Notes: a model not told the origin generated them from the letters alone. Counted from the whole stretch's first letter, positions 23,539 through 37,159 are shown. The stretch: 62,660 nucleotides of DNA, filler included, from Sphacelaria rigidula (GCA_964200075.2; 8 parts of 8 records of this genome joined end to end with filler, not necessarily neighbours in it), one strand, 5' to 3'. Made by a program: numbers and translations.

Positions 23539-26246
23539 GGTCAAGCACCCATGTTGAAGAGAGAGTGTTATTTTTTAGCTCAAAAAACGCCAGCGAATGC
23601 AACCAAATAATCGAACATCAAATCGGACATCGTTAAGAGCTCGTACAAACATAACGATACAGACTTATGGGACATAGGAAGTATTGTATAAGGTGTGAAA
23701 TAGATCAAAATGATATATCTCCACAGGACGCGGCAGGAGAGTTCACGAGTGTGCCTCGTGTAGACGCGGGCATTTCAGGTAAGAGGTGCAGGCGGAGAAC
23801 AGCAGCATAATAGGGAGAACAAACAACGACGAGCGTCAAGATATGGTACAATCATATCCGGCTACTCATCATTTGGTTTGACGAATAGTCGTCAGAACGG
23901 CGGCACGCTTGTGATATATGCAGTGTCAGCAGGGTCGAAGATTCATCCTCCTCCGGGTTCGCATCCTCAATGAAAAACTCCCATCCTCAATTCGATGAGC
24001 GGCGGCTGTTCCAATCCGTACGAGAGTTTTCATCAAGAAGTTTATGGGTCACGCCAATGGGTGATTTTGCTGTATCATCGATAATTTCAAGCTCTACACC
24101 ATCATATGTTTGAACCATTGTGATCTTGCGAGCAGTCGTACGGCCGGTAACAGCTTCGACCGCAACAGAGACAGCAGCTCCACAGAAGAATGAAAACACA
24201 TGAACATGTTCTTTGCTGCATGCCGTGATTCAGGTTGGGTTAACTGAACTCTGGTGCTTTTTTGTGGCCTGTACATCGCCTGCCTACCGCCACACAAGGA
24301 AATATTACACGACTCGCGCCTGCGTGCCTCTCCTGCTTGCTGCCGGAGACTTCTCTCAACATCCCCCCACACACTTCATCAGCCCGTTTTCTTGTTATAG
24401 CAACCGATTTCAACTTATTTCTTTTCCAACTCCACCCACGACCCTCTGGTTGAGGGATCGTTCTTGATTATTCACCTCATCCCCCCCGTGACAACCTTAC
24501 AACCTTTATCCCGACGCCACATCCAAACCATCTCTCGACTCTTAGTTTCGTAGTCCAACGACGGGTACGGGAATACGCCACTCTTTTTTGTCACAAACCA
24601 ATGTACAAACCAACAATGCCCACGCAAAAACATCTCGTACCTTGTGCATGGCCACTGACCATGTTTGCTCGACAGTACTCATATTTTACCGAAATACGCC
24701 TCATTCCTGCTGAACATGTTTAGGTGCGCGGGCAAACCTCTGTTGTATTCGGTTCCGGCCCACTCGGAATACTGCACCACCACACCCCGTCCCCCTCCCG
24801 GCGGAGACCAGAGAAACCATCCCGAGTGAACTCGTGTTTTGATTCTTGTTACGCGCGCCACTTTTGTTATCGCGCTAACCGTGTTCCTCTACCGACTATG
24901 AACACCCCTTCTCTTCTCCTCACTCCTATATTTCCAACCTCCAAGGAACATGTACATATATATAATAACACGAAACTGGCGAGAATAGTGGATGTCTGTG
25001 ACTGGAAATCATGCCACCCTTCTAAATGTCAGTTCGTAGCACTTGCAGAGTGCGCCCCGTCATGATTACGGAACGGGGAGATGTGTAAAAAAGCATGCGT
25101 CAAACAAAACGCTTTTGCTAAATTAACACCGACTTTCGAGAAACCACTCGCCGTGGGTGGGTCAGCGAATGTTCCCCCCGACGTGCCCCCCCCCCCCGCC
25201 AACTAACAGACCAAACACGCGTAAAAGTTCGCCACTAAGAAAAATAGCGGGACAGCGTAAGGCACAGGTGAAACCCGTTTACGAAACGAAAAAACTGTTA
25301 CGGGATGCACGCACTGAACTCGTGCTACGGAACAAAATATGTCGAAAAACAGCATGCACTTGTTGACGTATCACAAGTAGCATATCGCGCTGTTGCTGTT
25401 CAAGAGGGGCGGAGGATGAGTGGGAAACAACTAAAAATTGTGTATCTGATCAGTAGATACCACCACGTTCCAGTATATCGCGTGTTTTCATCTCTCGTCC
25501 ATCCACTGGTGCATTCAGTTCTGACTGCAGCCCTCCCACCCCCAAGCTGCACGCATGAAACACCACAAATGCCAAGTGCCATCAAAAACCATCGATCGTT
25601 TTGGCCATCATCGACGATTCATTGGTCAATTCCACAAAACTCGTAAAAATCCAGACACAAAAAACAACAAAAAGGGATCAAAGGAGAAAATGTATTGCCG
25701 CGTGATTTTAGTAAGGCCACATGTAAATCTTTAGTGGGAAAAAAAAAACTCTCGATAGTAAATAGTGCAACATATCGTACTCTACACGCCATTAAACAGG
25801 TCTAACCGCAAGGACGCAACAGACCAGCCATATCATGAACCTCTCGGGGGAGACACGAAACACAAAGCACCCAAAGCATGGCGTGTCATTATTACAGCAA
25901 TAGACATTTTTTTAGTTATTCCGCCTTCCGCCATCCCACCAGGCGGTGAAAACAGCACGGGGTGAGGGGAAGCCATCTCCAATCCTTACCCTCCCCTACT
26001 GCGAAGACAGAAACATGTGGCAAAAAAACACAAGAGGGGACGCCGGTTAAGCTCTCCCTCTCCCTCTGTGCCCTTGTCTCTCGTTCAAAATATCGCGTCC
26101 CGTGTTCAAAAGGGCTCTATGCTCACTTCGGCCACGGAAATGCGACACAACAACCACAACAATTTGACAGGGAAAAAAACTCAGGGCACAAAGACACAGG
26201 ACACACAAAACATCGAACTCAGGGACCAACCACACGGCAGTGCCGC

Positions 26247-26318
26247 CTAGAAGACATACGTCACGTGGCGAGTGTTGAGGGGCTGGACGGGTCGGTTGGT
26301 GTTCCCTTCCAAGGATAC
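26247..26318 (-). CDS. Alpha-CA last exon (VSLEGNTNRPVQPLNTRHVTYVF*)
   Basis: CAG acceptor, conserved NxRPxQPLN motif, TAG stop. Confidence 0.9.
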   Translation of the reverse strand, partial: VSLEGNTNRPVQPLNTRHVTYVF

Positions 26319-28716
26319 CTGCTCAGCATTGCGGGGCGGAAGCGGTTCAGGACGGTATTATGGTAAAATTATGTCGCTACCGTATATATATATATATATA
26401 TATTTACATGGGTGGAATCGGACGATAGGAAAGTGAAAAGAGGAACAGGAAAGGACAAGACAGATTTTGCGAAAGGGCATTTTTCTTCACTCACCCTAGA
26501 TGCAGGATGGGGCAACAAACCGAGGAGAGAAAACAGTCGTTCTACGAAGGGCCCGCTCCAAAATCCAGCCCAAAACTGCCACGCAAAAAATGGTCATACA
26601 CCGCCTAGTGTTTGGTTTCAGGCTGCATGGAACATATATGGACCACATTGGCGAGAACGAACCCAAGCATCGGAACTCTCAGCTGCTCGTTGTAGTCGGC
26701 TTTCTCCGAGTCGTTTTGCATGTAGATTTAATAAGAACAGAAACGATTCATTTTCATTTTCCCCACCGACTGAAGTTGCCGCGTGCATGGTTCTCAACGA
26801 ATGTTGAAAGCTCGGCGGACACTATTTACGCTTTACACACGACCACAAGTGGGCCATTTTTTTCACCCCACCATACTCAAATGCCGGATAGACAACTTTG
26901 TTTTCAACCTGCCTGACGGAAACTGAACAGTACTTTTGGTGAGCCACAAAACCCTAGACGACTCGGATCGAGAAATTGATAAAAGGTTCAGAGGACAAGA
27001 ACAAACATGATTCGTGGGGAGTCTCACCAAGTGCGCGGAGCCCATAGCCTCCCGGAACGTCGTGAGTTGGCTGTGGCCAACGACGGTCGACATGGACATG
27101 ACGATCCACACCACTGACTGCTCGCGACAACAAAAAACGGAGAAAACGGCAACGACAACCACAACCACAACCATTTTTTTCGTGCGGGTTAAGGGTTGAG
27201 TAAGAACAGTAGCGAGAAGAGTCCCCTGTTGGGGCCAGGTCGGGTCAGTGGGGAAATATTTTACCCTCGAAGAGATCAGTTGTACGGTAACGACGGAACA
27301 CGCCGTCCACCGACGCGCAGCAGACGGGACACCGACGGCGCACTCATGGGTGAGAGACGGCGGGCGAAGCTCGTCACGGCGGTGGACAAGATGATGAATT
27401 TGATACTACCCTTAAGGTATCCAGTCGGAAAAATCTCGCCCGTGACAAAAGTGGTATGATCCAAAAAGCTGCAGTAAAAGAGAAGCAGAAGGAAGAACAA
27501 GAAACAAATACTTGGGGAAGAAATGAGGATCGGTGAACGCTGGTACGAACTATGGCGGGATTTACTACACGATTCGAGAACCATCTGAACAAAAGCGGTT
27601 TCTTTACATACCTCTGTGCACGGCGGAGTTGTCAACGAACCCATGTAGTGCGAGTAAGCAGGGGATTGGGGCAGCATCTCGTAGGCGCTGAAGAAGAAAC
27701 TTGAGTTGGCCATCTCTTGCCCCGTCACCATGACGTCCCACAAGTCGTGGATCTACGGACGCGCGAAATACACGAGAGGCGAGAGACAGGTGGCCGTCCT
27801 TCATCACGTTTAGTCAAAACATCGGATAGTCAAGATGATAAAGTGAGCTTCGGGTGAACAGCAATTACCCGAACATGAGCGACGCCACGCACTCGCGTGC
27901 TTTTTGCGTATGCAGCACTCACGTATCATTGTTAATCGTGCGTCGCATGCCGTGCCGTACGGTGTGGTACTGTGAGAACTTGTGCGGAGCTGCGGTTGAA
28001 TCTCCTCATGGGCCTTCTCGTACGTTCTTTTCTACGAAAAGGTGCTTGATAGGGGAAATATTCTTCTCCCGCTAGCGGCAAGGATAACACAGCGTTCGTT
28101 ACTCATCTTTTCAGGTGTGTTTCGAGTTCCCAAGCCCAGCATTCTCCACAGAACACGTTCTCTTGGTACCTGTGAACTCTGCTACGTGCTACGAAGTCAC
28201 CGACCACTTTGTCCGATCCACCACCATTTCTACGACTTCATTCGTCCCCGATCAATTTTTCTTCTATCGCTGTTGGTGGAAACGGAAATTCGAACGGGGA
28301 CTTTTGGTTGATGCAAGTGTTCCGAATTCTCCCTCATGGTGTCGTCAAAGTGTGAAGGAGATTTCCTGACGTACACCTTCGGGAACATTCCTCTCATATG
28401 TGGTGATACCCACACTAGCAAGCAAAATACTTAGTTTTTTTCAGGTTGTCCCCAAGGAAGCAGGGAAAATACATGACACTCACGTTATCGTTCTCCCCGT
28501 GTGTGTTTTCGTCCAGGAGGACTCCGACCACAAGGAGCTCGTCATCGGTGCCTTCTTTGACGTGAACCATGTGCACTTCAGCGTCGTGACTTGCCGTGCC
28601 CATCTATTCCCGGCGCATGAAGCAAAAAAAAGACCAAGGGAAAACAAGTCAAGCAAGGGAAATAATTATGTTTAGAAAATGGATTGATGTTGTGATAGAT
28701 GGATGTTGTGATAGAT

Positions 28717-28754
<38 letters not shown>

Positions 28755-31045
28755 GCCATCCCACTTATTCTGGACGCCAGTCAGTCTCCACCTTACGGTA
28801 TATGTGGGCGCATCAGCCGGGGTCACACAGAAAGAAGGGCCAGCACCGAAGTTTTTTTTTTTCTTGCCTAGTACTCCACCTCCCTTCTGCGGTGCTCGCC
28901 TTATTTTTTGATCGCGAAAGGGGTTCAGCAGTCCCTTTCCCTCTTCGACCGAGAAGTCGAATATTTCCGAATACCACGACATGACAGCTCCACTGCGGGA
29001 CGTTTTATATATGAGAAAAAAAATCCCACATAATCGTGATTGCACCGAGATTCGAATCCACGACCCAACCGTCAGGAGGTAGGTCGAGGTTAGCAACTGA
29101 GCCATCGGAGCGACCGGTGGATAGGTGACATCAAAATAAGAAAAAAAATGACAGCGATTTTGTGACCGCAAAAAAAAAAGCACATAATACAATTTCGAAA
29201 GTGCTGTACATCTTACCGAGTGCTCCGAGACGGAGTGGATATGAACGTTGATGAGCACGTATGTCTCGTTAACGAAGCTGAGCTTGGGCGCGTCGGGGCA
29301 TGCCTCCAGGTTGACCTGACATAGTTGGGGTTGGCAAAGATCCACATGGCACAGACACGACGAGCACGGGCAACACACATCCACAAGGGCAGCAAGAGTT
29401 TCAAAGCTACGATCGGACATGCATGCACACACACATATATCCAATATTTGACAGTTTCGGAAAACGCTTTTTTGTCATTTCAAGATTGCAAATATCTCAG
29501 GATTAGAGTATAACGAAAATATATTTCTCGCTCCGTCAAATGTGATACATCCCCTCGACTTTTTTTCGACGAGTTATGTTTATTAATCATTCTGCGCTCT
29601 GATCCTGACATATTTGCACTCTGAAATGACAAAAATGCGTTTTCCGAAACGTTCTGTTTACACATCTGTACTTATGAGAACATGGGAACGGAGACACCAA
29701 TCCACACTGTCCTGTTGGCAACCCCGACCCATCATGGCTCATGTTTTTTTTTTTTTTCTGTGGCCACATCATCATGCCTCGTTCGCCTCTTCTTCACGTG
29801 CGCTGTACAAGAAACGTCTACGGAGAAGACCTGCGGTGGAAGGTACCGAGATGTAGTTGAGGAAATGAATCTTGTGTTTCATGTGTCTCGATCACCCTCA
29901 TGTTCCCTGTTCCTCTAGCGATTCGGAGTTCGATATTTTCATCACGATGCCGGCGAAAGGAGGACACGACGCGGGATCAGACGAATCGAGTCTGACCAAA
30001 ACAATTCCCGTGCTCCACTGCGGTCGAAACCGTGGTTCCCAATATCGAAATTGGAATTTTCCGCGCGCTGAGGCTTGGGTGTCAATTCACAAGGTTCGAG
30101 TACTCACCATCCACTGGTGCTCTCCGGGGAAAAAGCTGAGAGATGTGGAGTGACACGCGCCATCGAAGAACTCCAAGTTGTATCGGTCCGGCTGTCCGGG
30201 CACAGAAAAAATTGTAGTGCAAGGCCCACAGCACATGCCGAAAGAAAGAAACACACACGGAACGGACGAGATACATTCATTTGTTGTCGTGGGATGATCA
30301 CGTACATACGCCATGCACAAACCAAACAGGCGAACACGGAACAAGACGATTGCAGCACAGGGGACACCACGCTCATCAGCTACCGCTGGAACAGCGCACG
30401 TGGCATCTCATTTCTTGGAAGGATCATCTGCGAACGACAACCCATCAAGGAAGGGTGTGTTGTGTAGGGTGGTGACTTTGGGCTGTCGGGAAAAGTTATC
30501 AGAAAAAAAATCTCATCGTAATAAAACGCGTTTTCTGATCACATAAGAAATGGGTTTCGGGCCTGTTATCGGAAAACCCGTTTTGATACACCGTTTTTTT
30601 CAATACAACAAGTAGCCTTTTTCACAGCAGAACACGATTATTTCAAGGATCGGACGAATACTATTTCGTCTGAAAGTTACTTGGTCTTAGTATAATTGAT
30701 TCGAATCGTACGAATCAATCCCTACGCTTTGTTTTCAGCGTTGCAACCCAGGTACACACAGCCCATACACGTGGAATGGCGCAAAAGTTGCATGGATACC
30801 CCTTGGACCAGCGGTGAAATGTTTTCTCTCTTTTGGGCAACCAGGCCGAAGACATCGTGGATTTGGTGACTCGTAGTCGTGATGGTTGGTCCTAACCGTG
30901 GATTATTTCAAGATAACCATATGTTGTGAGTATTCCACCCAACACACCGTTGCAACTTACGGTTGCCCTCATGATGTGTGCGTCCGCGAGGTTGATGGGG
31001 CTTTGGTGCGTTCCGTAGCAATCCGGGAATTCGTCTCCCCAGTGT
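26247..31045 (-). CDS. Alpha-carbonic anhydrase, 7 exons, 5' end missing
   Basis: Exons 31045-30961, 30191-30108, 29315-29217, 28603-28484, 27752-27612, 27117-27028 and 26318-26247 join in frame with GT-AG introns. Motifs present: QSPINL, HIH-SVSEH, EVHMVH, YMGSLTTPPCTE, VVWIV and NRPVQPLN. Confidence 0.93.
27028..27117 (-). CDS. Alpha-CA exon (SVVWIVMSMSTVVGHSQLTTFREAMGSAHL)
   Basis: CAG acceptor, GTGAGA donor, 90 nt in phase 0, VxWxV..QLxxF motif. Confidence 0.88.
27612..27752 (-). CDS. Alpha-CA exon (IHDLWDV..YSHYMGSLTTPPCTE)
   Basis: TAG acceptor, GTATGT donor, signature GSLTTPPC. Confidence 0.93.
28484..28603 (-). CDS. Alpha-CA exon (MGTASHDAEVHMVH..LLVVGVLL..)
   Basis: TAG acceptor, GTGAGT donor, third zinc-ligand His in EVHMVH. 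Confidence 0.92.
28718..29117 (-). mobile_element. tRNA-derived SINE in an alpha-CA intron
   Basis: Head CCGGTCGCTCCGATGGCTCAGTTG..GGATTCGAATCTCGGTG, the same body as the 19215 copy, and a long (CA)n tail. Confidence 0.8.
29217..29315 (-). CDS. Alpha-CA exon (VNLEACPDAPKLSFVNETYVLINVHIHSVSEHS)
   Basis: CAG acceptor, GTAAGA donor, HxH zinc ligands plus SEH. Confidence 0.92.
29451..29656. mobile_element. MITE, same family as 1560-1755
   Basis: TIRs GTTTCGGAAAACGC..TGCAAATATCTCAGGAT / ATCCTGACATATTTGCA..GCGTTTTCCGAAAC. Confidence 0.75.
30108..30191 (-). CDS. Alpha-CA exon (PDRYNLEFFDGACHSTSLSFFPGEHQWM)
   Basis: CAG acceptor, GTGAGT donor, 84 nt in phase 0, fitting between the neighbouring exons. 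Conservation is weaker. Confidence 0.75.
30961..31045 (-). CDS. Alpha-CA exon (HWGDEFPDCYGTHQSPINLADAHIMRAT)
   Basis: CAG acceptor, GTAAGT donor, W...C.G..QSPINL motif. Confidence 0.92.
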
Positions 31046-31283
31046 CTGTGATCGATCGACGAGCGACAGCGAGAAAAAACAACCATTTGGAGCAGCAGGG
31101 CGAGCCAACGTAGAGGGGAGGGGAATCGCCGAGCACGATCGTGATATAACAATTAATAGCTCAAAATTGTGTCGTTCGTTTTGCGGAGGGACATGCAGGG
31201 GGGGGGGGGGGGGGGCCCGTTTGTCCGGAACAAGACGAAAGGGGAATTGCTCCAGGCATTCCAAAAAACCCCGCTGTTTCGGG

Positions 31284-31383
31284 NNNNNNNNNNNNNNNNN
31301 NNNNNNNNNNNNNNNNNNNNNNNNNNNTTAATTAATTAANNNNNNNNNNNNNNNNNNNNNNNNNNNNNNNNNNNNNNNNNNNN
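31284..31383. other. Artificial scaffold linker
   Basis: N44-TTAATTAATTAA-N44. Confidence 0.98.
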
Positions 31384-32735
31384 ATGAGCATGATTTTCTT
31401 AAATGCTCCTTTCTTATTTTCCTGGGAAAATGAGCATGATTTTCTTAAAAGCGCCTTTCTTATTTTTGCCAGCAACGTTCAATGTTGTTTTCTTCCTCAA
31501 TTTTGAATCCATCTCTTCTCTTCTGACGCTATTCTCAGTATCAAAGCGTATACGTCCCCATCTACGCCCGAATGACCACGATAAACCATGATGCTACTCG
31601 TGGTCTTGCAGGCGCACGTTAGGCGTGCGCTTCCTACCCCCCTGCGCGAATCGGCCCGACGTCGCTTATCTCGTTCAGGCCACCCCCTCCCACGACCGGC
31701 GAACTCTCGATCGTACTACCGACCCCCCCTCCCTCTCCCGACTCCTCCTCCTCCTCCTCCTCCTCGGACCCAACGCGCATGCGCTTCCTACCCCCTGCGC
31801 GAATCGGCCCAACATCGCTCATGTCGTTCAGGCTACTCCCCTTCAAAAATTGGAACCTCCTGTCGCTCTGGTCTTCAAAAGTTGGAACTGGTCTGTGGTC
31901 AACGCTCCCTTGTGCCTCAGGTTGCCCAACTCGGCCTTGACGCAGAGTAAGGCCGCAGCGTTCATGGGCAACAACAGCGCTTGCTGCTTGGCTCTTGCCT
32001 CACGCGGGCGCAGCTGCGGAGCTGCGGAGCTGCGCGCGCCCAGCAGGAGTTCTACCACAGACGGTCGGCTTTTTTTGTGGGACTGTCAAAAGCGTGTAAC
32101 CCCCGTTCGTTCTGTCATAATTTTGTTTTATGAAATATTCGTCATCCAAGCCACATTAGATTCGTACCTGAGGACTGACAACACTTCGAAACAGCCAGTG
32201 TACAGTAGCACAGAAAAATGAGAGAATAAACTGTTTGCTTCGGCTCAAGAACTCTGGTATTATGTGTTGTCCCGTTTCTACGTACGGCAGTGTCTCACTA
32301 GAATTACCGCAAATTAAAATGCGTTCAACCAAAAACAAATCGAACTCAATGCGGTATGCACTCGGTGCATTTTTTGTCCCCATCATCAACTCATCAACTA
32401 CTACGTACTATTAATCAGGCTAACCCGAAAATCGACGCTGACGATTATGTTATTACTACCCCCTGCGGAGCTATCCACCTCTCCCCCTGCTGTTACGCTA
32501 GAGCTACTCCGCACAGTCACCTATCCACTTTTTGCACCCTGATCCCACCCTTTCTTGCGCGACGGGGCGGCGGGTGGGAAAGTCGATCGATCCTCTGCGA
32601 AGCGCGCTAGTTCGTGCCTACTTCTCCCTACTTGTGCTGCATATATCAGTCGACCGCTGCTAGATGAATGCTACTTGTTGCTTGTTGCTGGTGATGGTAT
32701 CTGTACTCGTGTGTGCGGCAGCCTAGCTGCGATGG

Positions 32736-33010
32736 CCAACTTTTCACACGTCGGACAGCTCATGAGCTACCTGAAATAAGTAATCGAAGAGAACTCCCAG
32801 ATCCATTGTACCAAAACACAAAACACGTTACAGCAGTGTCCGAGAAGCCAAAGCGTTACCTTCCCGCTACACGGCGTGCTCGGCGTCCATCGCTGTTGGG
32901 AGCGAATGCGGAAATGGTGGCCAAATGAGCTAGCTCATGATCCGGATCAGTACTCTAATAACAAGTAATATCCAGGTAGCTCATTAGCTGTCCGACGTGT
33001 GCAACATTGG
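32736..33010. mobile_element. Small TIR element
   Basis: CACACGTCGGACAGCTCATGAGCTACCTG (about 32745) is inverted at CAGGTAGCTCATTAGCTGTCCGACGTGTG (about 32973-33001). Confidence 0.6.
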
Positions 33011-33376
33011 GTAAGCACTCTCAGCAAAACTTGGGGTACAGAGTATCACTTCGGGATGCGACCTAGTTACTCTACCGAGAATTGGCTATCTTGGGTACTA
33101 TCTCTAATACTACACACAATTTTTGAGTAGATTGGGTAGGACCTCAAATACTATACTCAAATTTGGGTAAGCACTCTCAGGAATGCCGGAGCATAGAATA
33201 CTGTATCATTTGAGTATGACCTCAATACCCTACCCAAATTTGGGTAAGTTGGGTACGTGATCTCTACTACTGGTGGATTGGGTACGATTTCAAGAACTTT
33301 ACCCAAATGTTTGAGTAGTAAGAGTATGACTTTTCAAAGCACCGAGTATCGGGTATACCATACCCGAACTGCCCTT
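33005..33376. mobile_element. Fragment of a Mutator-like MITE family rich in TACTCAA/TTGAGTA motifs
   Basis: Repeated TT(G/T)(A/G)GTA and TAC(T/C)CAAA motifs ending in CTGCCCTT, the reverse complement of the 51016 terminus AAGGGCAG. Confidence 0.6.
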
Positions 33377-34328
33377 AAAATGTCTGGAATTGGAAATCCA
33401 CCTGCCGCGGCGCGGATGAGAGGTGAAGTTTGTTTTTTGCTTCCCAATTCCAGTCACCTTGACAAAAACAAATGAACAGAGCAAGGGTTGACTTTTGTTC
33501 ATTGTCACCATGACTGATCCCCCCCCCAAATCGTTTGGGTACAGTTTCCTTGCTATGAGCAACCAGCATGTCGACGTGTGGAATATAGTAATACTCCCCA
33601 CTCTTCGAGAGACAAAGTACGCCATCTGTTGAATCGGCATCAATTTCAATTGAAAAAAGTATGCGGGATTAATTATAGGTGGATGGACTACGATACTTCC
33701 TCCCGATCGGCCGAATAGAGATATCTCAAACTCGGCTACCGGTATCCTGGTTTGTTTTGTTATATTTTTTAAAGTGAAAGTGATGCCGATTCATCAGATG
33801 ATGAGACCCGTTGACCGCCAGGTCAGGTCCTCCCACGAATCGCGATCACTTTCACTTGGAAAAATAGTACACAACTTTAAGGGTGAAATAGGTTCTGTTC
33901 AATTTTTCACCCGCGAAAAATGGGCGTTTGGGATCTTTACCATCAGTGAAGCATGGTCATGCTCTAGCCTGATAGCAGCATTCATTCATTCTGTATGCAG
34001 CGATGTCGTCGGAACGACGAGAGGTGAAACAACAACCTGAAACCGGTGCACAATTCTGGGTGACGCCATGGTCATAATGATACAGATATTCAACTACGGA
34101 GGCCGTGTCTTCTCAAATTTTTTTCGACTCGAAAACGTACGGTGGGATCGAATCTGCTTGTATCTGATACCGTACGTCCACGGCATTCATGTTCTAAACC
34201 ATCCGAAAAAATTAGTAGCGTGGATGAATCAGAAACGAGCGAATTCGATTCCACCGCACGTTTTCGACACGAAAACAATTTGATAAGACACGGCCTGAGT
34301 ATAGAAACTACAGTATCAAGTGTCATAT

Positions 34329-34570
34329 CCCACCTTCCTTCTGCGGTGCTTGCCTTTTATTTTTTAGAGGGGTTCAGCACCTCCTTTCCCTCGTCGACCG
34401 TTACGTCGAATTTTGTGTACCCACGACATGGTCGCTCTCAACTGTTGGGCATGGTGTGAGAAAAATCCCAGATCGCTCCGAGAATTGAACCCACGACCCA
34501 ACCGTCAGAGGGTTTGAAGGTGGGTTTCGAGTTTCGAGGTTACCAACTGAACCACCGGTGGGGCGACCGG
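34329..34570 (-). mobile_element. tRNA-derived SINE (3'-truncated)
   Basis: Head CCGGTCGCCCCACCGGTGGTTCAGTTGGTAACC, with the body shared with other copies. Confidence 0.75.
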
Positions 34571-35287
34571 TTGTCATGCGGAACGGGCGGTCAATCCAGC
34601 AATTCATTACAGCTCTTGCAGGCCGTTCGAGTCTTGAGTCTTGTATTGCACACCTCTAAGAGGAATGCTTATTATTAAAATAATGCGGCGGAAGGGCCGT
34701 AATAACGCTCTTTCTGTCCATGCAGCAGCAGCAGCAGCAGCAGCGAGATGCACAGATTGCCCGTATAGTACAGTACAGACGGTAGTGTGCTGCTCCCGAG
34801 CGATGGTGATGACAGTCAGAATTTAATCCCCTGCAGCCCAGGGAAATTTCCATCTTCGAGCGCATCTTCAAGAACCTGCTCCGAACTGTCGTCCCGGATT
34901 TTTATGATTGATTCACTGACTATTTGTATCATAGCTGTCGTTGAGGCCGGTCGTGGCAATGACATGGCAATCTTGTTGTCTTGCATCCGGGATGGGGGGG
35001 TGGGGTGGGGCGGGGTGGGGGGATGAGGGGGGGGTACAACAGCAAGGTAAGCTTCAATCTTAGATCGGCTCTTTCTTTGTCGGGAAGAGTGAACAGTCCA
35101 CAGGATACATCTACCTAGAACGGCAGGATCGGGCGCTGAATGCTATACATAAACGCAATATTATACTGTAGAGTACCGCGTTGTGCCGAACTCAGCTCTG
35201 AACTACGGTTCCCTCTGCTGTGCTCTGCAATGTGCACATGTTGCACGCGGGTGCCAAGGTAGGCTATGGTTATGGTGGGACACTCAC

Positions 35288-35959
35288 CAAACGGACGAAA
35301 ATGTATCCCTAACTCCTGCTGCTTCTGCTGCTTCTGCTGCTTCTACAGCTCCTTCTAGGGTCTCTTCTACTTCTGCTGGTGCTGATGTTGGTTGATCCGT
35401 GAACTGTTGCAACAACACCACTTTGAGTGCATCGTTGTTTTTCTCGCCTCGCGGACCGGACCGAACCGCACCCAAGGGACGTACGTGAGGAGCCCAAGGA
35501 GACTTGCCTGTCTGGACGTCCCATATTCGTCTGTACGCAGAGAAACGGTATGTTACGTATTAGTGCTATCATGGCTAACATCTGCCACGTGGGCGGAGGC
35601 AAACTTCACAACAGTACTACTGGGTTGTAGTAACTCTCCAAATGGCTCAGAAGAGCCAGAAGTCTGTCTTACTGTACTAAATGATGCAACAACCACAGCT
35701 TCGTACACAACTCATGCACGCGATACGATATGTGGAGGCGTTGTTTTACTGTGCAAGGCACAATGCAGTCCTGTGCTAGCGTGCAGTGTACCGACTGTCT
35801 GTTGTGTTGTGTTCTGTGCTGAGATAATCCCTCACCTCTCCCTGTGCACTCCAGACGTCTACTTTATCTGGAACATACAAGAGTAATAACATCGGCGTGT
35901 TCGGGCCATTCAATTGCACCTGCACCAATGACAAGGGTGTCCCAGATGATGGGAAAGTA
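35288..35959 (-). CDS. Tentative two exons of an unknown gene (about 35959-35836 and 35403-35288)
   Basis: CAG acceptors and GTGAGG/GTGAGT donors give a phase-compatible join, ..VDVWSAQGE|FTDQPTSAPAEVEETLEGAVEAAEAAEAAG... No family is recognised. Confidence 0.3.
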
Positions 35960-36677
35960 CTGTACACATGGGCAATTGTGCAGACGTGCAGACTAGTAAT
36001 GGTTGGAGTACAAAATGTTCATGGTTATTGACGCGTTTTACAGCTATCGCTACCCCGAACCCTAACCCCAACCCAAGGCATACCAAGAACACTCGGGCAA
36101 GGGGAATAACTCGCGTCACCCTGGCAAAGCGCGGCCTTGGTAGAACCCAAACCGGCGCCTGTGGCACCGATTTTAACGAAAACGCGTTCTGCAGACGGGA
36201 GGAGCACACGGGACTGTCAGCCCTACTCAAGATCGATTCTTGTTGTCTGGACTCAAATCAAGTAATACCAACCATGGCATAGTGTAGCCCAACGCGAGCT
36301 AACTCTACTGCCGATACGCCCGCTAGGATACGCGAAATTCGGGGCTTTGCTCGGAAATTCTCCCCGCGGTACTTTTCCCGCGATCGGTATATTGCGGTTT
36401 TGAAATTCATCTATTTGACCGCGAGGGTACGAGCTGAGCCGGCCTTGAAAAAAAGCTGAAAAACCTTGCAGCGAACACACCTGCCTCAAGATTCTTGTTA
36501 GGGTGGAGAAACCGTGGGTTTGGTTCCCGCCAGGTGTTTAATACATATATATATATATATATATATTATATGATTTCCACCGTCGAAATACGCATGAGGA
36601 CGTGAGAAGAGATGGGTTGATCCCTTGAGACCACGGAATCGTCCCGAGGAAGCGGAGAGGTTTACAGTAGAGTGTGA

Positions 36678-37159
36678 GGCCGCTTCTCATAGACTGAGAA
36701 AAATATCTCTGAGAACTGCCCTTTTGATCCTTCCATCACGGATTATTGGCGGAATATAGGCCTTGGCGGATTGGGCCTCCTTGGCAAGATTCGCTATATT
36801 TTTCACGGGGATTCCAGCGCGCTTGTCTAATCTTCCGCACGCCCAGTTTTACTTTTGGCCGGATTCTGGATTTTTTCAGCCGCCCCACGCGAAACTTCGA
36901 GTTGTCGGGTTTTTTTTTTTTTTTTTAAGACAAATGGACGATTTTCGTAGCGACTGAAAAAATTCAGGATCCGGCCAAGAGTAAAACTGGGCGTGCGAAA
37001 AATCGGACACGTGTGCTAGAATCCGTGTGAATAACATAGAAAATCATTCCGAGAAGGCCAAATCCGTGAAGGCCTGCATTCCGCCAATCAATCACCCGTG
37101 ATGAAAGGTTCAAAAGGGTGCTCTAAGAGAAACTTTTTTTCAGTCTGTAAGAAGCGGCC
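36678..37159. mobile_element. Foldback MITE with the same termini as 9152-9628
   Basis: Termini GGCCGCTTCTCATAGACTGA / TCAGTCTGTAAGAAGCGGCC; internal arms CGCACGCCCAGTTTTACT / AGTAAAACTGGGCGTGCG. Confidence 0.8.

Noticed and set aside
23987-24199. Possible exon (GRTTARKITMVQTYDGVELEII..)
   Set aside because: It looks coding-like, but no family is recognised and no partner exons could be joined.
28578-29444. 288-aa ORF as a single gene
   Set aside because: Only 29217-29315 is alpha-CA exon. The remainder is intron, SINE and (CA)n.
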